A stretch of 64,000 nucleotides of DNA from Clostridiales bacterium (GCA_007120165.1 SKOH01000087.1:1167-65166), one strand, 5' to 3'; shown: positions 48,809 to 57,592, counted from the first letter of the stretch. The notes: generated by a model from the letters alone, not told the origin. A program made the numbers and translations.

Positions 48809-50179
48809 TTATCGGAATAAGTCCCGCTGTCCCTTTTCGATGGCCAATAAGGCAGCTTCGATTTTAGCCCTTGCTCCCGGATCTGCCATCTCTTCGAGGG
48901 ATTCCCGGATTATAATTTCGCCGGTATCAACGGTTTCCTCGGAAGCAAAGTCCATCAGATTCTCCTTAAAGGTCAGCAGTGCGTTCAGCTGACAAAGATC
49001 ATTGATATCAATATCCTTAACCAAGTCCATAAAGGCTTTTCCGGTTCTATTGGTGCGATAACATGCGGTACAAAAGCTTGGCAGGTGTCCCTGCTTACAG
49101 ATAACCGTTAGCATCTGATCCAGACTTCGTTCATCCGAGGTTTCGAATTGGGAGGCCTTAGCATTCTTTTTGTCATGGCCGCCGGGGCTGGTTTTGGATC
49201 CTGCGGATATTTGGGAAACTCCCAGATTCAGCACGTCATTCCTTACTTCTTCACTTTCTCTGGTGGATAAAATAATTCCGGTGTAGGGCACCGCCAGTCG
49301 GTAGATTGCAGTAATCTTTTTAAAATCCTGATCACTGACCGGGTTAGGGGCCTTTTCAATGGCAGCACCCGGGGCAGGTCTCAGTCTCGGTATGGAAATG
49401 GTATGGGGTCCGATCCCGTACTGTTTTTCCATATATTCAGCGTGCATCAGCGTTGCCAGCACATCAAACCGATAATCATACAGTCCTAACAATACCCCAA
49501 TTCCGTAGTCGTCGATCCCCGCCTCCAAGGCTCGTTCAACAGCGGTTAAGCGGTAATCATAATCGGCTTTCAGTCCTGTGGGATGCATCTTTTTATAGCT
49601 TTCCCGGTGATAGGTTTCCTGAAAGATCTGGTAGGTTCCGATGCCTGCCCTTTTCAATTTTTTAAAGTCCGCCACTGACATAGGGGCGGCATTTACATTG
49701 ATTCTTCGGATATCTCCGGCTTCATATATGGCTTTTACCGCTCCGGTAATATGATCGATATCGGTGTTTTTCCGATCCTCTCCGCAGACCAGCAGAATTC
49801 GTTTATGCCCCTCTTTTTCAATGGCTCGGGTTTCCTGTCGGATTTCCTCGAGGTTTAAGGTTTTTCTTTCCATTTCCTTATTGGCGGCCCGAAATCCACA
49901 GTACAGACAGTTATTGGAGCAGGCACTGCTGCTGTATAGGGGCGTAAAGATGACAATTCGTTTCCCGTATATTTTATGTTTAATCCATCGCGCAGCTTCA
50001 AAGAGATTTTCCAAAAGACTCTGATCCTCTATTTGCAGTAGCTTCGCCGCCTCTCCTAAACTCAGACCATTACATTCCTTGGCCTTTTCCACAATGGCGT
50101 TGATTTCTTCTTTTGTGGCATTTCCTGCTTCATTTAATAACCCGTTTATTTGATTTTCATCGATTATTGCTGTGCTCAT
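48809..50179 (-). CDS. hydG: [FeFe]-hydrogenase maturase HydG
   Basis: CSNNCLYC plus the auxiliary CX2CX22C motif (CTAC...DLCQLN), GPHTISIPR. Confidence 0.96.
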   Translation of the reverse strand: MSTAIIDENQINGLLNEAGNATKEEINAIVEKAKECNGLSLGEAAKLLQIEDQSLLENLFEAARWIKHKIYGKRIVIFTPLYSSSACSNNCLYCGFRAANKEMERKTLNLEEIRQETRAIEKEGHKRILLVCGEDRKNTDIDHITGAVKAIYEAGDIRRINVNAAPMSVADFKKLKRAGIGTYQIFQETYHRESYKKMHPTGLKADYDYRLTAVERALEAGIDDYGIGVLLGLYDYRFDVLATLMHAEYMEKQYGIGPHTISIPRLRPAPGAAIEKAPNPVSDQDFKKITAIYRLAVPYTGIILSTRESEEVRNDVLNLGVSQISAGSKTSPGGHDKKNAKASQFETSDERSLDQMLTVICKQGHLPSFCTACYRTNRTGKAFMDLVKDIDINDLCQLNALLTFKENLMDFASEETVDTGEIIIRESLEEMADPGARAKIEAALLAIEKGQRDLFR

Positions 50180-50221
50180 TCAAATCCTCCTCAATCCTTG
50201 GTTTCCCATGCTTCCGTCACT

Positions 50222-50467
50222 TTAATTCTTAGACAGGGCGCTTTTAACCGCTACTCCTTGCAGCTTCCCTAATTGTCCGGTCAATCCTCCGATTTCATCC
50301 GTGGTGCCGTCGATAATGGCGCTGATAATATTTAAGTTTTTTTCTTTATAGGGTACCCCCATCCGGCCAATAATGATCTCTGCATATTTACTCAGTATCC
50401 GATTGACCATCGGGATGCTTTCTTTATCTTCGATGATGATGGCCACCACCCCTACCCGTTTACCCAT
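50222..50467 (-). CDS. TM1266-family iron-only hydrogenase system putative regulator (ACT-like)
   Basis: RVGVVAIII...ILSKYAEIIIGRMGVPY...GTTDEIGGLTGQLGKL. ATG 50467 behind AGGAGG. Confidence 0.88.
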   Translation of the reverse strand: MGKRVGVVAIIIEDKESIPMVNRILSKYAEIIIGRMGVPYKEKNLNIISAIIDGTTDEIGGLTGQLGKLQGVAVKSALSKN

Positions 50468-50498
50468 GGCTGTTCCTCCTGTCCTGAAAATGAGCATC

Positions 50499-50525
50499 AA
50501 AAAAAACTCTCCAAAGGTTGGAAAG
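50499..50525 (-). terminator. Intrinsic terminator 31 bp upstream of the maturase operon start codon (attenuator candidate)
   Basis: mRNA reads CUUUCCAA-CCU-UUGGAGAG followed by U8. Confidence 0.75.
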
Positions 50526-50643
50526 GCCCCTTTAGCTCAGAAAATTCCTTGCCGGCAGTGCTTTTCAGATCCTTTCCGTGAATCTCATCCACGGAGCAGA
50601 TTTTGGTATGATGATTTTTTTCGATACCGTTTTTATCAATGAT

Positions 50644-50683
50644 GTTTATAGAAAGCATAGTTTTTACTACGCTTTCTATAAAC
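50644..50683 (-). other. 17-bp stem-loop just after the hydA stop (terminator or stabiliser)
   Basis: GTTTATAGAAAGCGTAG-TAAAAA-CTATGCTTTCTATAAAC on the minus strand; no clear U tract. Confidence 0.6.
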
Positions 50684-50699
50684 CGTATTTTTGCATTCC

Positions 50700-52511
50700 T
50701 TACCCTGATACCCCTACTTTTTCTTCCAGTAAACCGATAACCATTTCCTTTACTTCCGGCAAATCCGCTGCCGGGTATTTGACCCGGGCAGTATAATGGG
50801 TGTGAAGGAGTTCGTGCGCCCTATGGCTGTTGGGCTTTTCCAGAAATTCTCTGTATAGTTTTTTTACTAATGGATTTTCATGGGATTTACGGAATTCCTT
50901 TACGGTATCCTCCTGATACAGCGCCTTTGCCCGTTCCACTCGGATATCCAGATCCATTTTTTTACTTACCGGGACATGGGGCTGACCGCCACCGTTGACA
51001 CAGCCTCCACTGCAGCCCATCATTTCGATGAAGTGATACTCCTTTTCCCCGGATTCAATCATCTGAAGAAGTTTTTCTGCATTGGCGGTTCCGTGGGCGA
51101 CTCCCAGTTTAATGACAGCGCCTCCCAGGGTGATCTCCCCCTCTTTAATGCCGGAGATGCCTCGAATATTATGGTATTCAATTTTTTTCAGGTCCTCATG
51201 GTCCACTAAATCCTTCAGCGATCGTAAGGAGGCTTCCATTACGCCGCCGGTAGCTCCGAATATTGCTCCGGCCCCGGTATAATCTCCCAGCGCAGGATCA
51301 AACTCTGCATCTTCAAGCTTCATAAAGTCAATCCGGGCCTGTTTGATCATTTTTGCCAGCTCTCGGGTGGTTAGGACGGCGTCCACATCCTGAAGTCCGT
51401 TTACCTGGAGTTCAGGTCTTGCCGCCTCGGATTTTTTCGCCGTACAGGGCATGATGGAAACCATAAAGATCTTTTTAGGATCAATACTATGTTTTTTTGC
51501 ATAATAGGATTTTACAATGGCTCCCATCATCTGGTGGGGTGATTTACAGGTAGAAAGATTCTCCAGTAATTCCGGATGATTGTATTCACAGTATTTTACC
51601 CATCCCGGTGAACAGGAGGTAATCATCGGCAGTTTCCCGCCATTTTGAATTCGATCCAGCAGTTCATGCCCCTCTTCCATAATGGTAAGGTCCGCAGCGA
51701 AGTTGGTATCGAATACCTGATCAAATCCCAGTCTTTTAAGGGAAGCTACCATTTTCCCCGTGACCCGGGTGCCAATGGGCATTCCAAACGCTTCACCCAA
51801 AGCAGCTCTTACCGCCGGAGCGGTCTGTACTACCACATGCACCTCCGGATTCTCAATAACGTCCCAGACTCTGTCGATATCTTCCTTTTCCTTCAAGGCC
51901 CCTACCGGACATACCGACACACACTGTCCGCACTGGATACAGGGCATTTCATTCAAGCCCCTATTGAAGGCCGGTGTAACTTCAGTTTCAACGCCTCTTT
52001 TCGTAAAGTCAAGAATTCCGATTCCCTGCTCTACTTTACAAACATTCACACATCGTCCGCAGAGGATACATTTATTCGGATCCCTTACGATCGCTTCGGA
52101 TTTAGTATCCACGGGATGCACCGTATCTCTTTTATTAAAAGGGATTTCAGTTATATTTAACTCTTCGGATAATGTCTGCAGTTCACAACTTTTATTTCTA
52201 AAGCAGGTTAAGCATTCCCGGTCATGATTGGAAAGCAGCAGTTCCACCGTGGACTTTCTAACATTCCTCAGCTTCTTCGAATTGGTTTTTACAACCATCC
52301 CTTCATAGATCGGCTGCACACAGGAAGCCTGCAGAGACCTCGCTCCTTCCACTTCCACTAAACAGACTCGGCATGCGCCAACTTCATTAATATCTTTTAA
52401 AAAGCACAGGGTTGGAATATCAATTCCGGTGGCTTTGGCCGCTTCCAATATGGTATATTCCTTAGGTACCTCCACTTGAATATTATCTATGGTTAAGGTG
52501 ACTTTTTCCAT
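50700..52511 (-). CDS. hydA: [FeFe]-hydrogenase catalytic subunit, heteromultimeric (group A3-type)
   Basis: H-cluster motifs TSCSPGW, MPCTAKKSE, EMMGCSGGCVNGGGQP; N-terminal 2Fe-2S, His-ligated 4Fe-4S and 2x4Fe-4S domains. Confidence 0.96.
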   Translation of the reverse strand: MEKVTLTIDNIQVEVPKEYTILEAAKATGIDIPTLCFLKDINEVGACRVCLVEVEGARSLQASCVQPIYEGMVVKTNSKKLRNVRKSTVELLLSNHDRECLTCFRNKSCELQTLSEELNITEIPFNKRDTVHPVDTKSEAIVRDPNKCILCGRCVNVCKVEQGIGILDFTKRGVETEVTPAFNRGLNEMPCIQCGQCVSVCPVGALKEKEDIDRVWDVIENPEVHVVVQTAPAVRAALGEAFGMPIGTRVTGKMVASLKRLGFDQVFDTNFAADLTIMEEGHELLDRIQNGGKLPMITSCSPGWVKYCEYNHPELLENLSTCKSPHQMMGAIVKSYYAKKHSIDPKKIFMVSIMPCTAKKSEAARPELQVNGLQDVDAVLTTRELAKMIKQARIDFMKLEDAEFDPALGDYTGAGAIFGATGGVMEASLRSLKDLVDHEDLKKIEYHNIRGISGIKEGEITLGGAVIKLGVAHGTANAEKLLQMIESGEKEYHFIEMMGCSGGCVNGGGQPHVPVSKKMDLDIRVERAKALYQEDTVKEFRKSHENPLVKKLYREFLEKPNSHRAHELLHTHYTARVKYPAADLPEVKEMVIGLLEEKVGVSG

Positions 52512-52603
52512 TTTTCACACTCCTTTGTCTGTATTTACGCCAACAATCCGTATATGTCCAGATTCTATATTTACGTCTAAATTCTATATTTTACATCGAT
52601 AAC

Positions 52604-54394
52604 CTATTTTTTAATAATCGCTTTGAAAGGACATTTATCCACACATGCGCCGCACTTAATACATTTTACGGTATCCACCACATGCATCTCTTTTCTTTCC
52701 CCTTCAATCGCATCCACGGGGCAAGCTTTTTTACATAGGGTACAGCCTTTGCAGTCCTCTGTAATAAAGTAATTGGTTAGCGCCTGACAGGAACCCGCAG
52801 GACATTTCTTCTCATTAACATGGGCTTCGTATTCATTTCTGAAATAATGCAGTGTGGAGAGCACCGGATTCGGTGCGGTTTGGCCCAGACCGCAAAGGGA
52901 TGCGGATTTAATCGTATCGGCTAAATTCTCAAGCATATCGAGATCCTCAGGCGTGCCTTTACCCTCAGAAATGTCATCTAAAATATCAAGCATTCTTTTT
53001 GTTCCCTCACGACAGGGTGTACACTTCCCGCAGGATTCCTCCACGGTAAAGTCCAGGAAGAACCGGGCGATATCCACCATACAGTTGTCTTCGTCCATAA
53101 CAATCATTCCACCGGAGCCCATCATGGAGCCAAGTTCGATGAGATTATCATAATCAATGGGGGTATCGATATGTGCCGCCGGGATACATCCCCCTGACGG
53201 TCCACCGGTCTGTACCGCTTTAAAGGCCTTCCCATTTGGAATTCCCCCTCCCACGTCATAGATCACTTCCTTAAGGGTTGTACCCATGGGTACTTCCAGC
53301 AGTCCGGTATTTTGAATCTTTCCTCCAAGGGCAAATACTTTGGTTCCTTTGGATTTTTCCGTTCCGATCCCGGCAAACCAATCGGCACCCTTTAAAATAA
53401 TTTGAGGCACATTGGCATAGGTCTCTACGTTGTTAAGGGAAGTAGGCTTGTTCCAGATTCCTTTGTGGGCCGGGAAGGGCGGTCTCGGTCTTGGCATCCC
53501 CCGTTTCCCTTCTATGGAATTAATCAGCGCCGTCTCCTCACCGCATACGAAGGCCCCTGCCCCGAGGCGGATTTCCATGTCAAAATTGAATCCGGTGCCA
53601 AAGATATCCCTTCCCAACAATCCCTTTTCTCTGGCCTGATCAATGGCGATTTGGAGTCGGTTTACGGCGATCGGATATTCTGCTCGGATGTATACATATC
53701 CCATATCTGCGCCTACCGCATATCCGGCAATGGCCATGGCCTCAATTATTACATGGGGATCTCCTTCAAGAATCGACCGGTCCATAAATGCTCCCGGGTC
53801 TCCTTCGTCTGCATTACAGGCCACATACTTCTGATCACCCTCGGCCTTCGCTGTAAATTCCCATTTGAGTCCCGAGGGAAAGCCGCCGCCCCCCCGGCCC
53901 CGAAGACCGGAATCTTTAATAATCTGTATGACTTCTTCCGGACTCATTTCCGTCAGCACTTTTCCCAGTGCTTCGTAACCATCATAGGCAACGTATTCTT
54001 CGATAACCTCGGGATTGATCACGCCGCAGTTCCGTAGAGTGACTCTTTGCTGCTTTTTATAGAATCCGACATCATTAATGGACTTAATGACCTCTCCTTC
54101 TACCGATCCTTTATAAAGTAAGTCTTTTACCATTCTTCCCTTTACCAGATGCTCACTGACAATCCTGTCCACATCTTCTACCTTAATCTGACTGTAAAAG
54201 GCACCTTCGGGATAAATGACCACAATCGGTCCAGCCTCACAAAGTCCGAAACATCCGGTCTTAACCACTTTTATCTCCCGGTCCATATCATTTTCTGCTA
54301 ATAATTCATTAAATCGATCCATAATTTTCATGGAACTTGAGGATACACACCCTGTTCCGCCGCAAACCATTACATGCGATCTTGATAAATCCAT
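52604..54394 (-). CDS. hydB: NuoF-like NADH/FMN-binding hydrogenase subunit
   Basis: Same motifs as 43165..44961. Confidence 0.93.
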   Translation of the reverse strand: MDLSRSHVMVCGGTGCVSSSSMKIMDRFNELLAENDMDREIKVVKTGCFGLCEAGPIVVIYPEGAFYSQIKVEDVDRIVSEHLVKGRMVKDLLYKGSVEGEVIKSINDVGFYKKQQRVTLRNCGVINPEVIEEYVAYDGYEALGKVLTEMSPEEVIQIIKDSGLRGRGGGGFPSGLKWEFTAKAEGDQKYVACNADEGDPGAFMDRSILEGDPHVIIEAMAIAGYAVGADMGYVYIRAEYPIAVNRLQIAIDQAREKGLLGRDIFGTGFNFDMEIRLGAGAFVCGEETALINSIEGKRGMPRPRPPFPAHKGIWNKPTSLNNVETYANVPQIILKGADWFAGIGTEKSKGTKVFALGGKIQNTGLLEVPMGTTLKEVIYDVGGGIPNGKAFKAVQTGGPSGGCIPAAHIDTPIDYDNLIELGSMMGSGGMIVMDEDNCMVDIARFFLDFTVEESCGKCTPCREGTKRMLDILDDISEGKGTPEDLDMLENLADTIKSASLCGLGQTAPNPVLSTLHYFRNEYEAHVNEKKCPAGSCQALTNYFITEDCKGCTLCKKACPVDAIEGERKEMHVVDTVKCIKCGACVDKCPFKAIIKK

Positions 54395-54425
54395 TATTTG
54401 TCCCCCTCCTCGGTTATCCTACGCT

Positions 54426-54794
54426 TTATTTTTCATAGGCTCCAATGGTATATTCACTGATTATCCTGCCGTTGACGATATGTTCATTAATCACTTTTCT
54501 TGCCTTTTCCTCTGTCATTTCAACATAGGTGGTTTTTTCTCCACCCCGGGTATATACTTCGATGATCGGTTCCAGCTTACAGGCCCCGATACATCCGGTT
54601 TGGGTAATCCGGACACTGTCCAGGCTTCTTCTTTTATTTTCATCCAGCAACGCTTTCATAACCGGTCTGGCTCCGGAAGCAATTCCACAGGTTGCCATCC
54701 CCACCACAATCCGTGCGCCGTCCTTTTCTGTTCGAATATTCACTTGAGCTTTCGCATCCTGCCGAATCCTTCTTAATTCCTCGAGGCTTTTCAT
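54426..54794 (-). CDS. Thioredoxin-like [2Fe-2S] ferredoxin subunit (HydD/HndB-like)
   Basis: IVVGMATCGIASGA, TGCIGACKLEP. Confidence 0.88.
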   Translation of the reverse strand: MKSLEELRRIRQDAKAQVNIRTEKDGARIVVGMATCGIASGARPVMKALLDENKRRSLDSVRITQTGCIGACKLEPIIEVYTRGGEKTTYVEMTEEKARKVINEHIVNGRIISEYTIGAYEK

Positions 54795-54828
54795 GTTTGT
54801 TTCCCCCATTCAACATTAGTCTTCGAAA

Positions 54829-55302
54829 TCAATATTTCTCCATAATTCCCGGTACATCCTCCACTTTTAATCTTCCGTAAACATCTTCATTCACGGTAAT
54901 CACCGGTGCCAATCCGCAGGCTCCGATACATCGGGTAGCCACTAACGTAAATTTCCCGTCTTTAGAGGTCTCCCCGACTTTAGTGTCGATAATATCGGCT
55001 ATCTTATCCAGAATCGGCTGGGCATTTTTCACATAGCAGGCCGTCCCCATACAGACGCCGATTACGAAATCTCCTTTTGGTTCCAGTGAAAATTGTGAAT
55101 AAAATGTCACAACACCGTAAATTTCACTGAAGGGAATGTTCAGTTCCTCAGAGATTTTTTGTTGAACTTCCAATGGTACACAGCCGAAAGTTTTTTGCAC
55201 ATCGTTCAGAATCGGCATCAGAGGCCCTTTTATTCCCCTATGTCTATCGATTGACTGTTCCAGTATACTGAAATTCTCTTGGGTTAATACATTTTTCGCC
55301 AT
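54829..55302 (-). CDS. hydC: NuoE-like [2Fe-2S] hydrogenase subunit
   Basis: GVVTFYSQF, VCMGTACYVK, RCIGACGLAP. Confidence 0.92.
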   Translation of the reverse strand: MAKNVLTQENFSILEQSIDRHRGIKGPLMPILNDVQKTFGCVPLEVQQKISEELNIPFSEIYGVVTFYSQFSLEPKGDFVIGVCMGTACYVKNAQPILDKIADIIDTKVGETSKDGKFTLVATRCIGACGLAPVITVNEDVYGRLKVEDVPGIMEKY

Positions 55303-55411
55303 CGTATCACTCCTCGTTTATTTTGCGCTGTTTATTTTCTGAATATTCTATGATTATTGCAATTGCTTACTTACAAAGTCTTTTTCAAAGAATCCATAAC
55401 TTAATTATTTC

Positions 55412-55463
55412 TTGTTAATTTTTTAACTACTTATAGTTTACCTGCAGCCATATTTAAAGTCAA
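55412..55463 (-). promoter_or_regulatory. sigmaA promoter plus Rex-like operator for the hydrogenase operon
   Basis: TTGACT-17-TAAACT (55463-55435); TTGTTAA-TTTT-TTAACTA at 55412-55429. Confidence 0.72.
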
Positions 55464-55577
55464 TTATTATTTAGTAGCAACTAAGAAGTAGTATTATTTA
55501 AAATATTCTGCAATTTATTGACCTTTATTCGTTTTCTTTCCGGTGGTGATTTTACGGATTAGGATAAGGCTTCAACA

Positions 55578-55620
55578 ATAAAAAAGCTATAGACTCTTTT
55601 AAACAAAGAGCCTATAGCTT
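55578..55620 (-). terminator. Terminator after uvrC
   Basis: AAGCTATAGGCTCTTT-loop-AAAGAGTCTATAGCTT plus a U tract. Confidence 0.75.
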
Positions 55621-55708
55621 CAGGATTGATCCCTTTACGCTATCCGCCGAACACAAACTTTTATCATGGAATTCTTGTATCATGGAATTCCTGCTTAATT
55701 CAAAGGAA

Positions 55709-57592
55709 CTATAAAAGCTTTTGAATATTTTCCACATCCTTCTTCGTCACACGGTCCACGGAAAGCAGCTCCTCACTGGAAGCCTTCTTGATATTTTCAA
55801 TGGTTTTAAAATGGTTGAACAAGGCCATTTTTTTCACCCGGCCGATTCCCGGTATATCATCCAAAGCGGATTTTTCCTGATTTTTCTTCATCAGACTCCG
55901 GTGATGGGTAATGGCAAAGCGGTGAACTTCCTCTTGTACCTGACTGATAAAAAGCATCAGCGAACTGCCCTTTGCCAGCGGAATTTCCTGACCCTGGTAG
56001 ACCAAGCCCCGGGTACGATGCTTGTCATCTTTTACCATACCGCATACAGGGATATCTATGCCCAGACTCTTCAGCACTCTTTCCACAATACCCACCTGTC
56101 CTTTACCGCCGTCGATTAAGATCAGGTCCGGGAAAGTGGCGAATTTCCCTAAGGTTTCCACTTCTGAAAAATCCTCCAGGGACTGCAGCTCTTGAATCTC
56201 TTTTAAGCCCCGCATAAAGCGCCGCTCCAGTACTTCTTCCATACTCTTATAATCATCGGGGCCCTTAACCTTTCGGATTTTAAACCGGCGATATTCCTTG
56301 CGGTCCGGTATCGTATCGGTAAAAACCACCATGGAACCTACCGACTCCACCCCTTGAATATTGGAAATGTCATAGGCCTCCATCCGGAGGGGAGGCCCAT
56401 CCAGGTTTAAAAGACTTTGCAGACCGGAAAGAACCTGATCCACTTTTTCTTCCTTTTGCTTTTCCACTTCCACTTTCTGATCCAGGAACAGTTTCGCATT
56501 TTCCTTAACCATGGAAAGCAGTTTTTTCTTTTCCCCGATTTTCGGAACCTGCAGCGTGACCTTCTCATTCTTTCTGGAGGAAAGCCAGCTTGCGATGATT
56601 TCCAGGTCCTCGAAGTCCTGTTCCACCAGCACTTCCTTGGGAATGAAATTCATGCCGCTGTAAAACTGTTTGATAAAGGAGGATAAAATCTCTTCCTCCT
56701 TTTCTTCCACATCATTCTCCAGAATAAAGTTTTCCCGCTGCACCAGTTTTCCTTTACGGATAAAGAAAACCTGTACGGAACTTTTGCTGTCTTTTTTGGC
56801 CATGGCGATTACGTCCTGGTCATACTCCTTCGTGGACACCACCTTCTGCCGCTGCAGGATTTCCTTTAAGGCCTGTACCTGGTCCCGATACTTTGCCGCC
56901 CCTTCAAAATTCATCCCTGCCGCCGCCTGATGCATCTTTCCCTCAATGTTTTTAATCAGTTCATCCTCCCGGCCTTCCAGAAACAGCAGGATCCCCTGAA
57001 TCATTTCCTGATAGGCCTCTTTATTGACCCGGCCGGTGCAGGGACCGATGCATTTTTTAATATGGTAATTCAGACAGGGGCGAACCTTGCGCTCAATCAG
57101 TTTATTAACATCCTTATTGCACTGACGGATGGGATATAGACTCCGAAGAATACTCAGCGTCTCGTTTAGGGCCCATACATTGGTATAGGGGCCAAAGTAT
57201 TTGGCCCCGTCCTTTCGGATTTTCCGGGTTTTCATCAGCCGGGGAAATTCCTCCTGCAGGGTTACCTTGATATAGGGGTAGGTTTTATCATCCCGAAGAA
57301 GCACATTGTACTTCGGTTTATTTTCCTTAATTAAATTATTCTCCAGAATCAGCGCTTCAATCTCCGAGTCCGTGACAATATACTCGAAGTGATGAATATG
57401 GGGGACCATGGCCCGCACCTTCGGCGTGTGATTTTTGTATGACTGAAAGTATTGACGGACTCTGCTTCTAAGATTAATCGCCTTTCCCACATAAATAATA
57501 TGTTCCTTGGAATTTTTCATCAAATAAACGCCGGGACTTTTGGGTAAGTTCTCCAAGAGCTGCTGCAGCTGCTCTGAGATCTTCTCATTCAT
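55709..57592 (-). CDS. uvrC: Excinuclease ABC subunit C
   Basis: GIY-YIG PGVYLM...IIYVGKAINLRSRVRQYF, EAYDISN, DLILIDGGKGQ, HhH. Confidence 0.97.
   Translation of the reverse strand: MNEKISEQLQQLLENLPKSPGVYLMKNSKEHIIYVGKAINLRSRVRQYFQSYKNHTPKVRAMVPHIHHFEYIVTDSEIEALILENNLIKENKPKYNVLLRDDKTYPYIKVTLQEEFPRLMKTRKIRKDGAKYFGPYTNVWALNETLSILRSLYPIRQCNKDVNKLIERKVRPCLNYHIKKCIGPCTGRVNKEAYQEMIQGILLFLEGREDELIKNIEGKMHQAAAGMNFEGAAKYRDQVQALKEILQRQKVVSTKEYDQDVIAMAKKDSKSSVQVFFIRKGKLVQRENFILENDVEEKEEEILSSFIKQFYSGMNFIPKEVLVEQDFEDLEIIASWLSSRKNEKVTLQVPKIGEKKKLLSMVKENAKLFLDQKVEVEKQKEEKVDQVLSGLQSLLNLDGPPLRMEAYDISNIQGVESVGSMVVFTDTIPDRKEYRRFKIRKVKGPDDYKSMEEVLERRFMRGLKEIQELQSLEDFSEVETLGKFATFPDLILIDGGKGQVGIVERVLKSLGIDIPVCGMVKDDKHRTRGLVYQGQEIPLAKGSSLMLFISQVQEEVHRFAITHHRSLMKKNQEKSALDDIPGIGRVKKMALFNHFKTIENIKKASSEELLSVDRVTKKDVENIQKLL

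Noticed and set aside
50507-50530. Plus-strand TTGGAAAGG resembling the 3' end of the Moco RNA motif; also a T-box for tyrosine
   Set aside because: The motif is in the wrong orientation for the downstream genes and the other Moco elements are missing. No GGTGGxACCGCG T-box sequence is present.
55662-55690. Direct repeat TATCATGGAATTC x2; similar ATTCTATATTT(T)AC x2 at 52562-52594
   Set aside because: Only two copies each, in intergenic spacers away from the predicted promoters. Most likely local slippage.
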